Below, piece by piece: positions 47,211-57,146 of a stretch of 64,000 nt of DNA (positions within the stretch are counted from its first letter, which is position 1; the number at the start of each line of letters is the position of its first letter). Source of the DNA: Sphingomonadaceae bacterium (lineage in GTDB: Bacteria > Chloroflexota > UBA6077). The notes beneath the pieces are model-generated. The model saw only the letters and a program-made list of their open reading frames with translations. It was not told the origin of the DNA and searched no databases. A program made the position numbers and the translations under genes. The stretch is taken from the NCBI GenBank assembly GCA_050261575.1, contig JBLNDL010000025.1, positions 15,115-79,114 on the forward strand, read 5' to 3'.

Positions 47211-47990
47211 ATGGCTCTGGCCTCGCTGGGCCTCGTGGAGCAACCTGCTCGGTACCTCGATGGCAGCGAAGTGTGTGAAATCCTCTCCCCTACGCAGGCG
47301 CCACCAATAGAGGTCCAGCAACTTGACCGTGGAGGCGGCACCATGTCGATCGGGGCGTTCGATCGTGTGTGGGAGCGGAACCGTACGGCGCTCCTCATCT
47401 ACTGCTGCGGTCTGATGCTCGTGAGCTGGTTTGGCACCGTCATCGTCCACGAACTGGGCCACGCCGTGGCAGCAACGCTGCTCGGCATCCCGGTCCGGGG
47501 GATAGCCATCAGCCCCTTCGGGTGGGGCCGGGTCTGGTTCGAGGCCCAGCCGGGGGACCCGGCCAGCGTCGAGTGGGGGATGGTCGCCGCCGCAGGAATC
47601 GGAAGCTGCTTGCTGGTGGGTTACGCCATCCTTCTGGCGAGGCGCCTGTGGCACAGGGGGCGCCCTCTGGTGCAGCCGCTGCTGGCCATGGCCGCCGCCT
47701 GGCTGATCATAGTAAACCCGGCCTACCTCGCGCTGGCCTTCTTCGGGGTTGGCGATGGGGTAGGTGTTGCGAGCGGACTGGGACTCTCGTCGTCCACCGT
47801 AGGGTTCCTCGCCATCGGACTGGTGATGGCGGGGCGGCGGCTTGGGCGCGACCTCTTCCGGCTCGCGTTTCGACCGTTTCAGCAAGTGGGCTCCGACAAC
47901 CTCAAATGGGTGTGGCGGCGGTGGTTGCTCTGGGTTGCCATCTTCTTCGTCTACCAGATGGTGGGCATGGCGGCGTTCGGGATCGAGTAA
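47211..47990 (+). CDS. polytopic membrane protein with HExxH motif (putative zinc metalloprotease)
   Basis: VIVHELGHAVAATLLGIP plus several TM segments. Family not assigned. Confidence 0.6.
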   Translation: MALASLGLVEQPARYLDGSEVCEILSPTQAPPIEVQQLDRGGGTMSIGAFDRVWERNRTALLIYCCGLMLVSWFGTVIVHELGHAVAATLLGIPVRGIAISPFGWGRVWFEAQPGDPASVEWGMVAAAGIGSCLLVGYAILLARRLWHRGRPLVQPLLAMAAAWLIIVNPAYLALAFFGVGDGVGVASGLGLSSSTVGFLAIGLVMAGRRLGRDLFRLAFRPFQQVGSDNLKWVWRRWLLWVAIFFVYQMVGMAAFGIE

Positions 47991-48376
47991 CGGCCCAGCC
48001 TTTGACTCAGGAGTGCGGCGGGAAGAGGGCGCCGTAAGGGGGACGCCGGTCGAGCAGGCCGAGCAAGCCCAGCAGCGTGCAGGTAGCTGCAAGAGGCCAC
48101 ATAACGCCGAAGCCCCGGCCCCGGCTCACGACGCCAAACCCCGCCGACCCCAGGGAAGATCCCCCCGTCGAAGCCAGCGAAGTAGGTGCTGAAGGTAGTA
48201 TCCCTGGGAGTCGTTGCCTCAAAATCTGTCTTACTCTCTTTGGAGGCTGGGGGCTGGGAGTGAGGCGCCAGAGCAAGCACGAGTTGGCCGCGGGGTGGCA
48301 GGAGCGACACTGGAAGGCTTCCAGAGAGGCTCAAGGCACAAAACACGGAGCCTGGATAAGCTCCAGGCCCCAAATC

Positions 48377-48421
48377 TTGGAGGCGACGAGCGGATTCGAA
48401 CCGCTGATAGAGGTTTTGCAG
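48377..48421 (-). repeat. displaced 3' half of tRNA-Cys (att-like direct repeat, left copy)
   Basis: 45 nt identical to 61008-61052 (TTGGAGGCGACGAGCGGATTCGAACCGCTGATAGAGGTTTTGCAG). The 5' half of the tRNA is absent here. Confidence 0.85.
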
Positions 48422-48849
48422 TTCTGCCCGGAGCGGGCAACCGCTGCCAAGTGCTGCCAACGCGTGCCTACTCTACAGGTATCTACGATCAACCAGTACC
48501 CTTCCGGGAGGTCAGTCCCAGGGGGTTTGTTAGCAGTATGTTTGTAGATCTCGGCACCATTGGAGGAAGCATCACGCGAATGCCGGAGGCGGTGTTCCGA
48601 ACGTCCGCAGGGTCTGCCCAAAGGGGATGCCCACCCGTTCCCCCAGGTTCCAACTTGGGGTCGGACAGCTCCGGACCTCGCGGAAGCTGGATGCTGGAGA
48701 CTCCCACGATGTCCGAAGGCTGCGCGGCAAGACCTGGGCACGCCGCTGCCTTCACACCGGCATCACCAGCAGGACCTTCGGCTAGTACACCAGATCCCCC
48801 GGTAGGCCTCAGGGAGACTCCTCTCAGCATCCCTTGCTCGTGCTGCTCT

Positions 48850-50031
48850 TCATTCGGTTATCCTGGCGATTCCGGCAGGACGCCACCCACCGTTCTCCTT
48901 GATGACCTCTGTCATAGTGTTGACGATCAACTCCGTGGCCGCGGAGTTGCTGGCGATCACCACTTGCCTGGCATTCCACAGAGACCCCAGCGCCTCTTCC
49001 AGTTGGCCAAGAGCCCTCTCGCACATCGCCTTCTGGTACCAGCACTCCCATAACCACCGGTTTGCCTCGACAGCACTGTTCGACGCCTCCAGCGCCTCCT
49101 GATAGCGACCCAGTTTGCACAACTCGGCCGACAGGAAGTCCCAGCCTCTGGCGTTTTCCGGGTCCAACCGGACCACCTGTCTGAACGACTCTGAGGCCTC
49201 ATCCTGCCTGTCGAGGAGGCCCTCGGCGCCGCCTCGGTAGTACCAGGCCACGCTGTGCTCGGGGCACTCCTCCACCACCGCTCTTAGGAGCTCTAGGGCC
49301 TTCTCGCCCTCCCCGGCGTCTCCCAGCCTCATTGCCTCCTGCATCAGCGGGAACACCACAGGGCCTTCCAGTTCGCTGAGCCGTTTCTCGGCGTGCTCCC
49401 GTATCGACTCCTCACCGGCCTTCGCCAGCCGCACGGCCCACCGGTAGGAGCGGATGGCATCGCTCCTCCTACCGAGGGATTCCTCCACTCGCCCCCTATT
49501 GTCCCAGGGGACTGCGCTGTCCGGATCGGACTGACTGGCGAACCCGTAGGCCTCGACTGCCTTCTCGTTTTCGTCCAGCATCACCATCAGGCGACCCAGG
49601 TTGATCCAGGCAGGCGCGTAGCGCTGGTCGATCTCTATGGCCCTCTGGTAGCAGTCGATCGCGGTTGCAGGCTGGTCCAGGTCCACCGCGCACAGCCCCG
49701 CGCAGACCCAGGCCGCCTTGTTCTGGGGATCGATCTCAACGGCTCTGGTGTGGCATTGGATCGCTTCTCTGGCTCTGCCGAGATCCTGTAGCCGGTTGCC
49801 TTTGCTCATCCAGAATCCCGAGTTATTCGGGTCGAGTTGTATCGCCCGGTCGTAGAGGTCGAGCGCTCTCTCCGGTTCTCCCATGAGCGCCACACAGGTT
49901 GCTTTGTCCGCCCAGGCGCCAGCTCTTCTCGGATCGATCGCCAATACCTTGTCGAAAAGCTCAATCGCTTCGGTGTATCTCCCCTGTGAGGATAGGGTGC
50001 TGGCGAGGATGTGACCGGCCTCAACCTCCAT
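48850..50031 (-). CDS. TPR-repeat protein
   Basis: 393 aa from ATG 50031. Repeated A..Y..AL..DP....AW motifs throughout. The upstream part of the 845-aa ORF overlaps the helicase gene in another frame and is rejected. Confidence 0.75.
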   Translation of the reverse strand: MEVEAGHILASTLSSQGRYTEAIELFDKVLAIDPRRAGAWADKATCVALMGEPERALDLYDRAIQLDPNNSGFWMSKGNRLQDLGRAREAIQCHTRAVEIDPQNKAAWVCAGLCAVDLDQPATAIDCYQRAIEIDQRYAPAWINLGRLMVMLDENEKAVEAYGFASQSDPDSAVPWDNRGRVEESLGRRSDAIRSYRWAVRLAKAGEESIREHAEKRLSELEGPVVFPLMQEAMRLGDAGEGEKALELLRAVVEECPEHSVAWYYRGGAEGLLDRQDEASESFRQVVRLDPENARGWDFLSAELCKLGRYQEALEASNSAVEANRWLWECWYQKAMCERALGQLEEALGSLWNARQVVIASNSAATELIVNTMTEVIKENGGWRPAGIARITE

Positions 50032-50090
50032 GTTCTGGGAAGTGATCTTGGGTGGCTGCCCCGAGGAGTGAGATCTGGGCAGGAACCTTT

Positions 50091-53000
50091 TCAGATCCAC
50101 TTCTCGCTCCTCTCTCTCATGATCTCGAGCACCCCCCAGCGTGGGTCCTGGAGGGCGGCGTCCAGCTCGGTGAAAGACTGCCTCGCCTTGATCTGGCCGG
50201 GTGTGAGCTGCTCCGCAAAGGCCGCCAGGCGGGCCTGAAGCTCTGGCGACCACACGGGGTAACCGCCCAGCTTTTCCAGACACTGCTTCATCCTCTGGCC
50301 CGCGGCGCCTCGGCGCTTCAACACCTGGATCAACACCTCGTTGGGATCGCCTGCGCCAGGCCCTATGGTGACCAGGTACCGCCCCAACTCCATCTTCAGA
50401 CGCTCCCTCGCGGCTGCAACCTGTTGCTCCAGCCCCTCCCGCTCTCGCTGGGCCGCGGTAGCCTCCATGGCCGCTACCTCTGCCTCCGCCAGCTTTCTTG
50501 CCTTCTCCCGAGCCGCGGCGAGCGCCGAGGCGTCGGCTCCGGTTCCGTCCCAGTTGTTCACCAGGGAGGTAAGCTGCGACATCGAGGTGACCGGTCGGCA
50601 CCCAGCCCCGTCGACCCACAGCGCGACCGAGCGCCGGAAGGAGCCGTGGCTGTGGCTCTCCACCACCAGCGGCAACCTCTCCCCTGCCCTGGTCAGTCCC
50701 TTGGCAAGTTCCTTGAACCTCGGGTCCAGCGGCGAGAGGGGAAGGACCCGGGGGTCGCGCTCGAGTTCCTGGAGAGTGCCCGAGTAGACGGCCCGCTTCA
50801 TCCCGGGCACCGTGACCGTCCACAGGCTGCGCTTCTTGTCCTTCTTCGCCGTCGGCCCGAACTCGCCGGTGAGCATTCCTAGCGCGGCTTCGATCTCTGC
50901 CATCGAGAGCCCGGCAACCTCGTCTCCCGGTACGACCGCCTCGCTCTGGAGATAGCTCTCGGTAGCCAGGGCGTCGCCCTCGACCGCGGCCGCTGCTTTC
51001 TCGAGCGCGTCGGGGTCCACGGGCACCTGGCCCAGCAGCATCTTCCTCGCGATCGCCAGTACAGGCTGCATCGGACCGACGAAGTGCTCGAAGAGCCCGC
51101 ACCGCCGCCTGAGCGCGTTGTATACTAGCTCGTCGACGCTCTTCTCCAGGAAAAAGTTCACGACCCGGACTTCTTTCTGCTTCTGGCCGATCCTGTCGAT
51201 GCGGCCGATCCGCTGCTCCACCTTGCTCGGGTTCCACGGCAGGTCGTAGTTGATCACCGCCCCCGCGGACTGGAGGTTGAGGCCCTCGCTCGCGGCGTCG
51301 GTGCACACCAGGATGCGCAGCTTGCCATCCCTGAGATCCCTGGTGATGGCGTCCTTGGTAACCGGCTTCCAATCCTTGCCGTCCCACTTCTCTCCGCCCT
51401 CTCCGCAGTAGCAGCCGAGCGCCTCTCCGTAGTGGGCTACAAGGTTCTGCCGGAGGTAGACCATCGTGTCCGAGTACTCGGTGAAGATCAGCACGGGGCG
51501 ACCGTCCTCGGTCACTCGCCGTAGCTGGTCGTAGAACTGCTCCAGCTTGCTGTCCTTGGCTCCGAGGTCCGCCAGTTCCCGAAGGAGGTGGTTCACCTCC
51601 TCCAACTCCGCCCTGGCAATGTCGGGGCTCGTGGGGTAGGCGGCGGAGACCTTCAGCACGTCATCTCCCACCCCCGCGTCCGGCAGATCGCGGGCATCCG
51701 GCGCGTCCTCCGGCTCTATGTCCCAGTCCAGGGCCTGCTGGGCGGCCACGCGCTCCAGGCCGCGCCTTCGCCGGTTAAGGCTCTCGTAGAGCGCCCTGGG
51801 CGAGCTGGACGCCCTCCGCCGGTATATCGTCATCACGAAGCCCTTACCGGCCTTCTCCTTCTCCAACTCCTCGAAGCGGCGCTTGATGTAGGTCTCGATC
51901 CCCTCGTAGACGTGGCGCTCCCGTTCATCGGTGAAGTCGTAGCGAACGTCTTCGACCCGGCGGTCCGGAGGCGCGGTGTCGAGCAAGCCCATCCTGTAGT
52001 AGTGCCTGAGGGTATCGCGCGTGTTACGGTGCATCCTGCGGCCTAGAGGCGAGCCACGCCTCATCCAGCCCGCCACGCTCGCCCGCTCCGAGGACTTGCA
52101 GAAACGCAGCCGCCGGGCGATGTCCGACACGCCGCCCTTCCAGGCTTCGGCTCCATCGGGGGCAGGGAAGTGAGGGTCGCTGGAGATGAGGCTCGCGGCG
52201 CTGATGGCCGTCTCCTGGTCGCATCGTCCGCCTGCCACGGCGGAGATCGCCTGGTAGTAATCGCGTACCCTCCCGAACTCCGCCAGCCACTCGCCCCCCT
52301 CGCCGAGCACGGACAGGAGGTCCCATGGCTCCCATGGCTGGGTCTGCATCGGAGTCGCGCTGAGGAGAAGGATCCCCCTGGCCTTCCCTGCGTACTGGAG
52401 CTTCCGCAGCAGGCTCAGGAGGAGGTTGGCGCCGTTGAACTCGCCCTCGACAGGCCTGGCCCTCCTGGCCGCGTGCGCCTCGTCCATCAGCACGAGATCC
52501 CAGGTGGGCCCCGCGAGGATCTTCTGGACGTTGGCGTCCAGCCTCGCCAGCTCGCGGCTCAAGATCAGCGAGTCCTCCTCCAACGCGGCTGCGAGGTCGA
52601 CGTTCGACCGGGTCGAGCCGTCGGGCCAGATCAGCGAGGCGCCCTCCAACCTCGGAAAGACGAGCCCGCCCTTCTCCCGTAGCTCCCCCTGCCACTGGCG
52701 GAGCAGACCTGCCGGAGGCAGGACCAGCACCCGCTTCACCCCGCGCCCTGCCATCAGGCGCCGCATCACCAGGATCGCTTCCACCGTCTTCCCCAGGCCG
52801 ACCTCGTCGCACAGCAGCCGGCCCATCGGCCAGGCCGAGGCGGTTTCCTCCACGACACGGCGCTGGTGGGGCCAGGTGGATACCATGGCCGTCGCGTCGC
52901 AGGACGCGCCGCCGCCGGAGAGAAACGGCGCCTCGGTGATGAAGCGCCAGACCATGGCGGCCCTCTGCCTGGGGAGCGCGTCCGTCGGTTCCTGGGTCGG

Positions 53001-53762
53001 CGGCTTCGGGGGCGCCAGCTTCACCAGACGGAGCCTGAGCGCCTCAGGAAGATCGACGGTGTGGACATCAGGATGGGTGTCGCTCCAGAGCAGTTCGAAC
53101 TGCGTCGTCATCTCCTGATGTCGCTCGAGATCCTCCCACGACGTCGAGACCTCGAATTGCTCGTAGTTGCCCGCGAGCCCCTGGGCCGATTCGTTGCCGG
53201 AGCCCGCGAATACCACCGCGTCGCCGGCCCCGTCCGTGACGATGCCGAACTTGCCGTGGACTATCCCCTCCCCACGGCGCATCACTCCCACCCTCACCGC
53301 GAGAAGCCCCTCTTTGACGAGCCAGGCGAGCATCTTCAGGCGGGCCTTCTCAAGTGCCTGCTGAGGGTTCTTGAAGCGCCGCCTGAGGTGGGCCTCCAGC
53401 GCCTTCGTATCGCCAGTCTCGGTGAGCGCGTCCACGTCCTCGGCGGACAGCTCCTCGTTGACGAGGAGACGTACGGCGGGCCTGGGAGCAGCGTCCCCCA
53501 TTGCCGTGAGCCGCTCGATGAGGGGCCCGAAGCCCCGCGCCGCCGCGGAGAGGACGGAGCTGGAGAAGTAGGCACAGCAGCGATCGTACCTGACCGCCTC
53601 CCTCAGCGCTGGCACGTACAGTTCCTCCAGCAGAGCCTGGTCCGGCCCCCGCAGGAAGCGCCGCCACGCGCGGGACCGGAGGCCGCCGGAAAGCGAAATG
53701 TGGCTGGCTGCGACGCCGGCCGGCTGGGCGGTCAACCTACTCACCGTCTCCCTCCTCTTCAT
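50091..53762 (-). CDS. PLD-type (HKD) nuclease domain fused to SNF2-family helicase
   Basis: HKD HGKFGIVTD..FAGSGNES. Helicase motifs DEVGLGKT (I), LMDEAHAAR (II), LLSATP (III), QRIGRIDRIGQ (VI). Start at ATG 53762, or GTG 53744. Confidence 0.85.
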   Translation of the reverse strand: MKRRETVSRLTAQPAGVAASHISLSGGLRSRAWRRFLRGPDQALLEELYVPALREAVRYDRCCAYFSSSVLSAAARGFGPLIERLTAMGDAAPRPAVRLLVNEELSAEDVDALTETGDTKALEAHLRRRFKNPQQALEKARLKMLAWLVKEGLLAVRVGVMRRGEGIVHGKFGIVTDGAGDAVVFAGSGNESAQGLAGNYEQFEVSTSWEDLERHQEMTTQFELLWSDTHPDVHTVDLPEALRLRLVKLAPPKPPTQEPTDALPRQRAAMVWRFITEAPFLSGGGASCDATAMVSTWPHQRRVVEETASAWPMGRLLCDEVGLGKTVEAILVMRRLMAGRGVKRVLVLPPAGLLRQWQGELREKGGLVFPRLEGASLIWPDGSTRSNVDLAAALEEDSLILSRELARLDANVQKILAGPTWDLVLMDEAHAARRARPVEGEFNGANLLLSLLRKLQYAGKARGILLLSATPMQTQPWEPWDLLSVLGEGGEWLAEFGRVRDYYQAISAVAGGRCDQETAISAASLISSDPHFPAPDGAEAWKGGVSDIARRLRFCKSSERASVAGWMRRGSPLGRRMHRNTRDTLRHYYRMGLLDTAPPDRRVEDVRYDFTDERERHVYEGIETYIKRRFEELEKEKAGKGFVMTIYRRRASSSPRALYESLNRRRRGLERVAAQQALDWDIEPEDAPDARDLPDAGVGDDVLKVSAAYPTSPDIARAELEEVNHLLRELADLGAKDSKLEQFYDQLRRVTEDGRPVLIFTEYSDTMVYLRQNLVAHYGEALGCYCGEGGEKWDGKDWKPVTKDAITRDLRDGKLRILVCTDAASEGLNLQSAGAVINYDLPWNPSKVEQRIGRIDRIGQKQKEVRVVNFFLEKSVDELVYNALRRRCGLFEHFVGPMQPVLAIARKMLLGQVPVDPDALEKAAAAVEGDALATESYLQSEAVVPGDEVAGLSMAEIEAALGMLTGEFGPTAKKDKKRSLWTVTVPGMKRAVYSGTLQELERDPRVLPLSPLDPRFKELAKGLTRAGERLPLVVESHSHGSFRRSVALWVDGAGCRPVTSMSQLTSLVNNWDGTGADASALAAAREKARKLAEAEVAAMEATAAQREREGLEQQVAAARERLKMELGRYLVTIGPGAGDPNEVLIQVLKRRGAAGQRMKQCLEKLGGYPVWSPELQARLAAFAEQLTPGQIKARQSFTELDAALQDPRWGVLEIMRERSEKWI

Positions 53763-56721
53763 CCTCGCCGGACTCCAGGCTCTCCTCCAGTTGCGTCCAG
53801 ACCATCTGCGGAGAGGTCCTTTCCGTCCAGTCCGGCGGCTCGATCCCGAAAACGGGTTTGAGTAGGGCGTGCCAGGCGCGGAACTCGGGGAAGATGGAGG
53901 CAACGGAGAGCTTACCGGTGTCGTGTCGAACGGCCTCGGGCGCGGCGAGGACCAGCGCCTCCATCAGCTTAGCCACGGGGCTTTCCCTCGTCCATCGCTG
54001 CTGGTTCGCGACCGCCTTGGCCGCGCCGACTCCACCCCCGCCGCTCCCCGCCTCGATGTACGCGAGAGCGAGGGCATGGCAGCCGTCCATGGCAGACCGG
54101 AAGCGCGGGTCGTTGGGGTGGACCTTCAGCGCTTGCTTCTTCGAGACCTTCTTCTTTCCCTTCGCCACGGTGCCGAACAGCGTCTCCTCGTACTCCTCCG
54201 GCTTCAGCGCCTGGTCGCGGCGCCGCTCCCTGGCGGGCACCATGCGGATGCTGTCGCCGCTCTTCGTGACGAGCCCAGCGGCAACGAGAGAGTCCACGCT
54301 CATCCCCACCGCGTGGCCTAGCAGCTTCGCTTCGTTGAAGCGGAACTCGGCCGCCCCCAACACGTCCCAGCAGAGCAGTGCGAAGCGTCCCTCCGCCTCG
54401 ACTCCCTCCAGGCCTCGTCTGGCAAGCTGCTCTACGCGCCACTCGCTGACGGCGTCGGCGGCCTCGTCGATGGCGGCCGCGACGGCCACCGGCTCCCCCG
54501 TGTCGGTCCGCACTTCTGAGTACCGGCTGTACACCTCCATAGCGGGGCCGAAGGATCCGACGAGCTGGTCGACCGCGTTGAGGCCCTCCTGCTTTAACTG
54601 GTTCGCCTTCGCCCGGGCCCTCTCGCGGATCTCCTCCCTGATGGCGTCGAAGTAGCCGACCCCCGCCCCGGGACGGCGCTTGCGCGCCACCAGCAGCACG
54701 GTGCTCTGGGCGGCGTTCTTGCGGGCCTGGTGGAGCGAGTGCTGGCTCTCGGTCTTCACCGGCCAAGTGGCGGTGATGGTGAAGCCGGCCTTGATCAGCG
54801 AGGAGAACAGCGCCTCCCAGGCCTCCTGCTTCTTGTGGGTGAACATCACGGTAAGGACCCCGTCGTCGCGCAGGATGCGCCGGCACTCCGCGAACACGTC
54901 GCCCATGAGCCGCTGGTAGAAAGCGTTGGCCTCGGCCCGTGCCTCGGCGGCGGTCAGCTCGCCGCCCTTTCGGTGGCGCTCCACGTTGACGACCGCCTCC
55001 TCGGTGTGGTCGCACAGGTAGGTGGAGAACCACTCGGGCCGGCGGTGCCCCTGGGTGCGCTTCAGCCAGACGTAGAAGAAGTCCGCCAACTCCGAGTACT
55101 GGACGTTATCCGCGTAAGGAGGATCCACCACCACAGCGGTGATGCTCCCGTCCTCGATCTGGGGCATGCTGGTGGCCGAGCCGAAGAAGACGGTGGCGGG
55201 GTTAGCAGCGGGGCGACGAGGGAGTCTGCAGATGTCCTCATAGGCGCTCAAGACGTTGTCGATCGCCCAGGCGAGACCTTCCCCACTCCCACATGGGGCC
55301 ATCTCGGAGAAGGTAGACTTGAACGCAAAGTCATGGCGATCGAAGACGCTTCTGATCACCTGCCTGGGAGCATGCCACGATGCCAGGATCGAGTTGTAGT
55401 TGGCCCATTTGTCCAGGACGAAGGCGAGAAGGTGCTCGACTGCCCTTCCGACCTCCTCACCTTCGGCCTCGATAATCTCTGGGCGGAGCTTCCGAAGCTC
55501 CTCCACCATCACGCCGAGGCCAAGCAACTGCCGCGGGGAGAACATGTCCGCCCACCGCGGCATGCCGTAGACCCTCGGGCGCTCGTCGCTTGTCACCTCG
55601 GGATACAACTCAGTCGGGATGATCCCATCCCGCTCCCAGGCCGGTCGCAGCCGCGCCAACTCCTTCTCCGCGGCAGCCAGAGCGCGCAGGTCCTCCTGCT
55701 CGGGCGGCTGGAAGGTGAGCCCTTGAGGGGTTTTCACTCCCACGGCGTACAACGCACTGCCCATCTCCCCTGCCTGGGCCTTCGCCTTGATGTACTCCGA
55801 CGGAATCTGGTGCCCGCTGAAGATGGAGACGCCCTTTCCGTCGGCGTAAGTAGGAGCCGGGGGCATCTTGAGCTGCCCCGCCATGCGCCCAATCTCCCTG
55901 ATCCTGACAGTCCACGTGCCCCGCCGCGAATCCACGATCGGCTCGGCCACGATTCTCTTGCCGGAGGACGGTCTGAGGAGATGCCAGTCCGGCACCAGGG
56001 GTGTGTGCGGGTTGCCGGGCGTGTCGGGGCACGGCACCGTGCGGGCGAAGATGTAAGCGTGCACCGAGGAGAAGGGGTGCTTAGGGAAGTACTTCCCGAC
56101 CCTCTCCTCAACTCGATTCAACCAGACCTCGCTCCATGCTCGAGCCTTAGCTGCTATTGAGGCACCATGGCGAAACGGGTAGTCGATCGTGGCCTCGAGT
56201 GCTGAGCAGGCGACCGGGTTGTACTCGTTGGCAATGGTCTGGATGCCCAGCCGTGCGCTTTCCAGCGGTATGGAGCCACCACCCGCCATGGGGTCAATCA
56301 CCGTGACACTGCCCCAGAGCGCAAGTACCGCATCGTGGACCTTCCGGAGATCATCCTCGCGGAGCACATGCTTGAAGGCACGGTCGCAGCCGAAACCGCC
56401 GGGCACCTGGTAGCCAGTGTCCATCAACTGCCTTACTTGTACGATCTCCTCGCCCGGCCTGCCGAACCCCAGCAAACGCTCAAAGACGTCCCTGGGGAAG
56501 TCGGCAGGGAGCAAGGACGCCAGCACCGCAGCACGCGAAGCGGTAAGCGGCCGTCGCGCCCACCACACGTGCAGAAACGTCGTGGGAGCGAGTGCGCTGG
56601 CGCTTCCCCGTTCTCTCATGCACTCAACCCCGATGGCCGCGGCCGGGAGCCACTCCTCGATCAGCAGCCGCGGGGGCTCACTGCCCCTGCTTACCTCTCC
56701 CTTCGACAGAGTCTCGGTCAT
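53737..56721 (-). CDS. DUF1156-type DNA amino-methyltransferase (N6-A or N4-C)
   Basis: N-terminal FLHVWWARRPLTASRA, SAM motif I VIDPMAGGGSIP, motif IV VVDPPYADNV about 390 aa later. 994 aa. Confidence 0.85.
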   Translation of the reverse strand: MTETLSKGEVSRGSEPPRLLIEEWLPAAAIGVECMRERGSASALAPTTFLHVWWARRPLTASRAAVLASLLPADFPRDVFERLLGFGRPGEEIVQVRQLMDTGYQVPGGFGCDRAFKHVLREDDLRKVHDAVLALWGSVTVIDPMAGGGSIPLESARLGIQTIANEYNPVACSALEATIDYPFRHGASIAAKARAWSEVWLNRVEERVGKYFPKHPFSSVHAYIFARTVPCPDTPGNPHTPLVPDWHLLRPSSGKRIVAEPIVDSRRGTWTVRIREIGRMAGQLKMPPAPTYADGKGVSIFSGHQIPSEYIKAKAQAGEMGSALYAVGVKTPQGLTFQPPEQEDLRALAAAEKELARLRPAWERDGIIPTELYPEVTSDERPRVYGMPRWADMFSPRQLLGLGVMVEELRKLRPEIIEAEGEEVGRAVEHLLAFVLDKWANYNSILASWHAPRQVIRSVFDRHDFAFKSTFSEMAPCGSGEGLAWAIDNVLSAYEDICRLPRRPAANPATVFFGSATSMPQIEDGSITAVVVDPPYADNVQYSELADFFYVWLKRTQGHRRPEWFSTYLCDHTEEAVVNVERHRKGGELTAAEARAEANAFYQRLMGDVFAECRRILRDDGVLTVMFTHKKQEAWEALFSSLIKAGFTITATWPVKTESQHSLHQARKNAAQSTVLLVARKRRPGAGVGYFDAIREEIRERARAKANQLKQEGLNAVDQLVGSFGPAMEVYSRYSEVRTDTGEPVAVAAAIDEAADAVSEWRVEQLARRGLEGVEAEGRFALLCWDVLGAAEFRFNEAKLLGHAVGMSVDSLVAAGLVTKSGDSIRMVPARERRRDQALKPEEYEETLFGTVAKGKKKVSKKQALKVHPNDPRFRSAMDGCHALALAYIEAGSGGGGVGAAKAVANQQRWTRESPVAKLMEALVLAAPEAVRHDTGKLSVASIFPEFRAWHALLKPVFGIEPPDWTERTSPQMVWTQLEESLESGEDEEEGDGE

Positions 56722-57146
56722 TCAACGGCCTCCGTCAGGATCCTCAGCGCACGCACCGCCCTGGAGCGGGCGCCGCCGTCGGTCAGCCCGAGCCACCAGG
56801 CAGCCTCAGCCCCGTCCAGCCTCCTCAGCGCCTCTCCCGACCGGAAGAGCCGCTCGGCGTCCCTCAGGCCGGTCGAAATCAGGGCATACAATGCCGTCCG
56901 AGCGCCCCAATCCTCGTCTAAAGGTAGGAACGGCCCGGGCGCGAGCCTCGTCCCGTTGCCCCCGGATGCCCTGGCGGCCTCCCGCAACAGGGGTCCCCCT
57001 GACAAGAAGGCCAGGGCCGAGATGGCGGCCATCTTCCGCAGCCTGTCCCTGCCCCCGTCGACAAGCCTGCGCCTGTACACTATTGCCGCGTCGCCCTCGC
57101 GGCGGCGGACTACCCTCAGGGCAAAGGGCGCCTCTCTGAGCTTCAT
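56718..57146 (-). CDS. small hypothetical protein embedded in the cassette
   Basis: 142 aa from ATG 57146. ATGA overlaps at both ends (57143-57146 and 56718-56721). No motif recognised. Confidence 0.55.
   Translation of the reverse strand: MKLREAPFALRVVRRREGDAAIVYRRRLVDGGRDRLRKMAAISALAFLSGGPLLREAARASGGNGTRLAPGPFLPLDEDWGARTALYALISTGLRDAERLFRSGEALRRLDGAEAAWWLGLTDGGARSRAVRALRILTEAVE

Noticed and set aside
47991-48376. Small ORFs between the HExxH membrane protein and the left att repeat (for example 48007-48276, minus strand, with one TM-like segment).
   Set aside because: No SD or start context, and the composition is biased. The evidence is insufficient to call a gene.
50032-51387. N-terminal 450 aa of the 845-aa ORF 48850-51387.
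   Set aside because: This part overlaps the helicase gene in a different frame and is Arg/Gly-rich. Only the TPR part, downstream of ATG 50031 and beyond the helicase stop, is credible.
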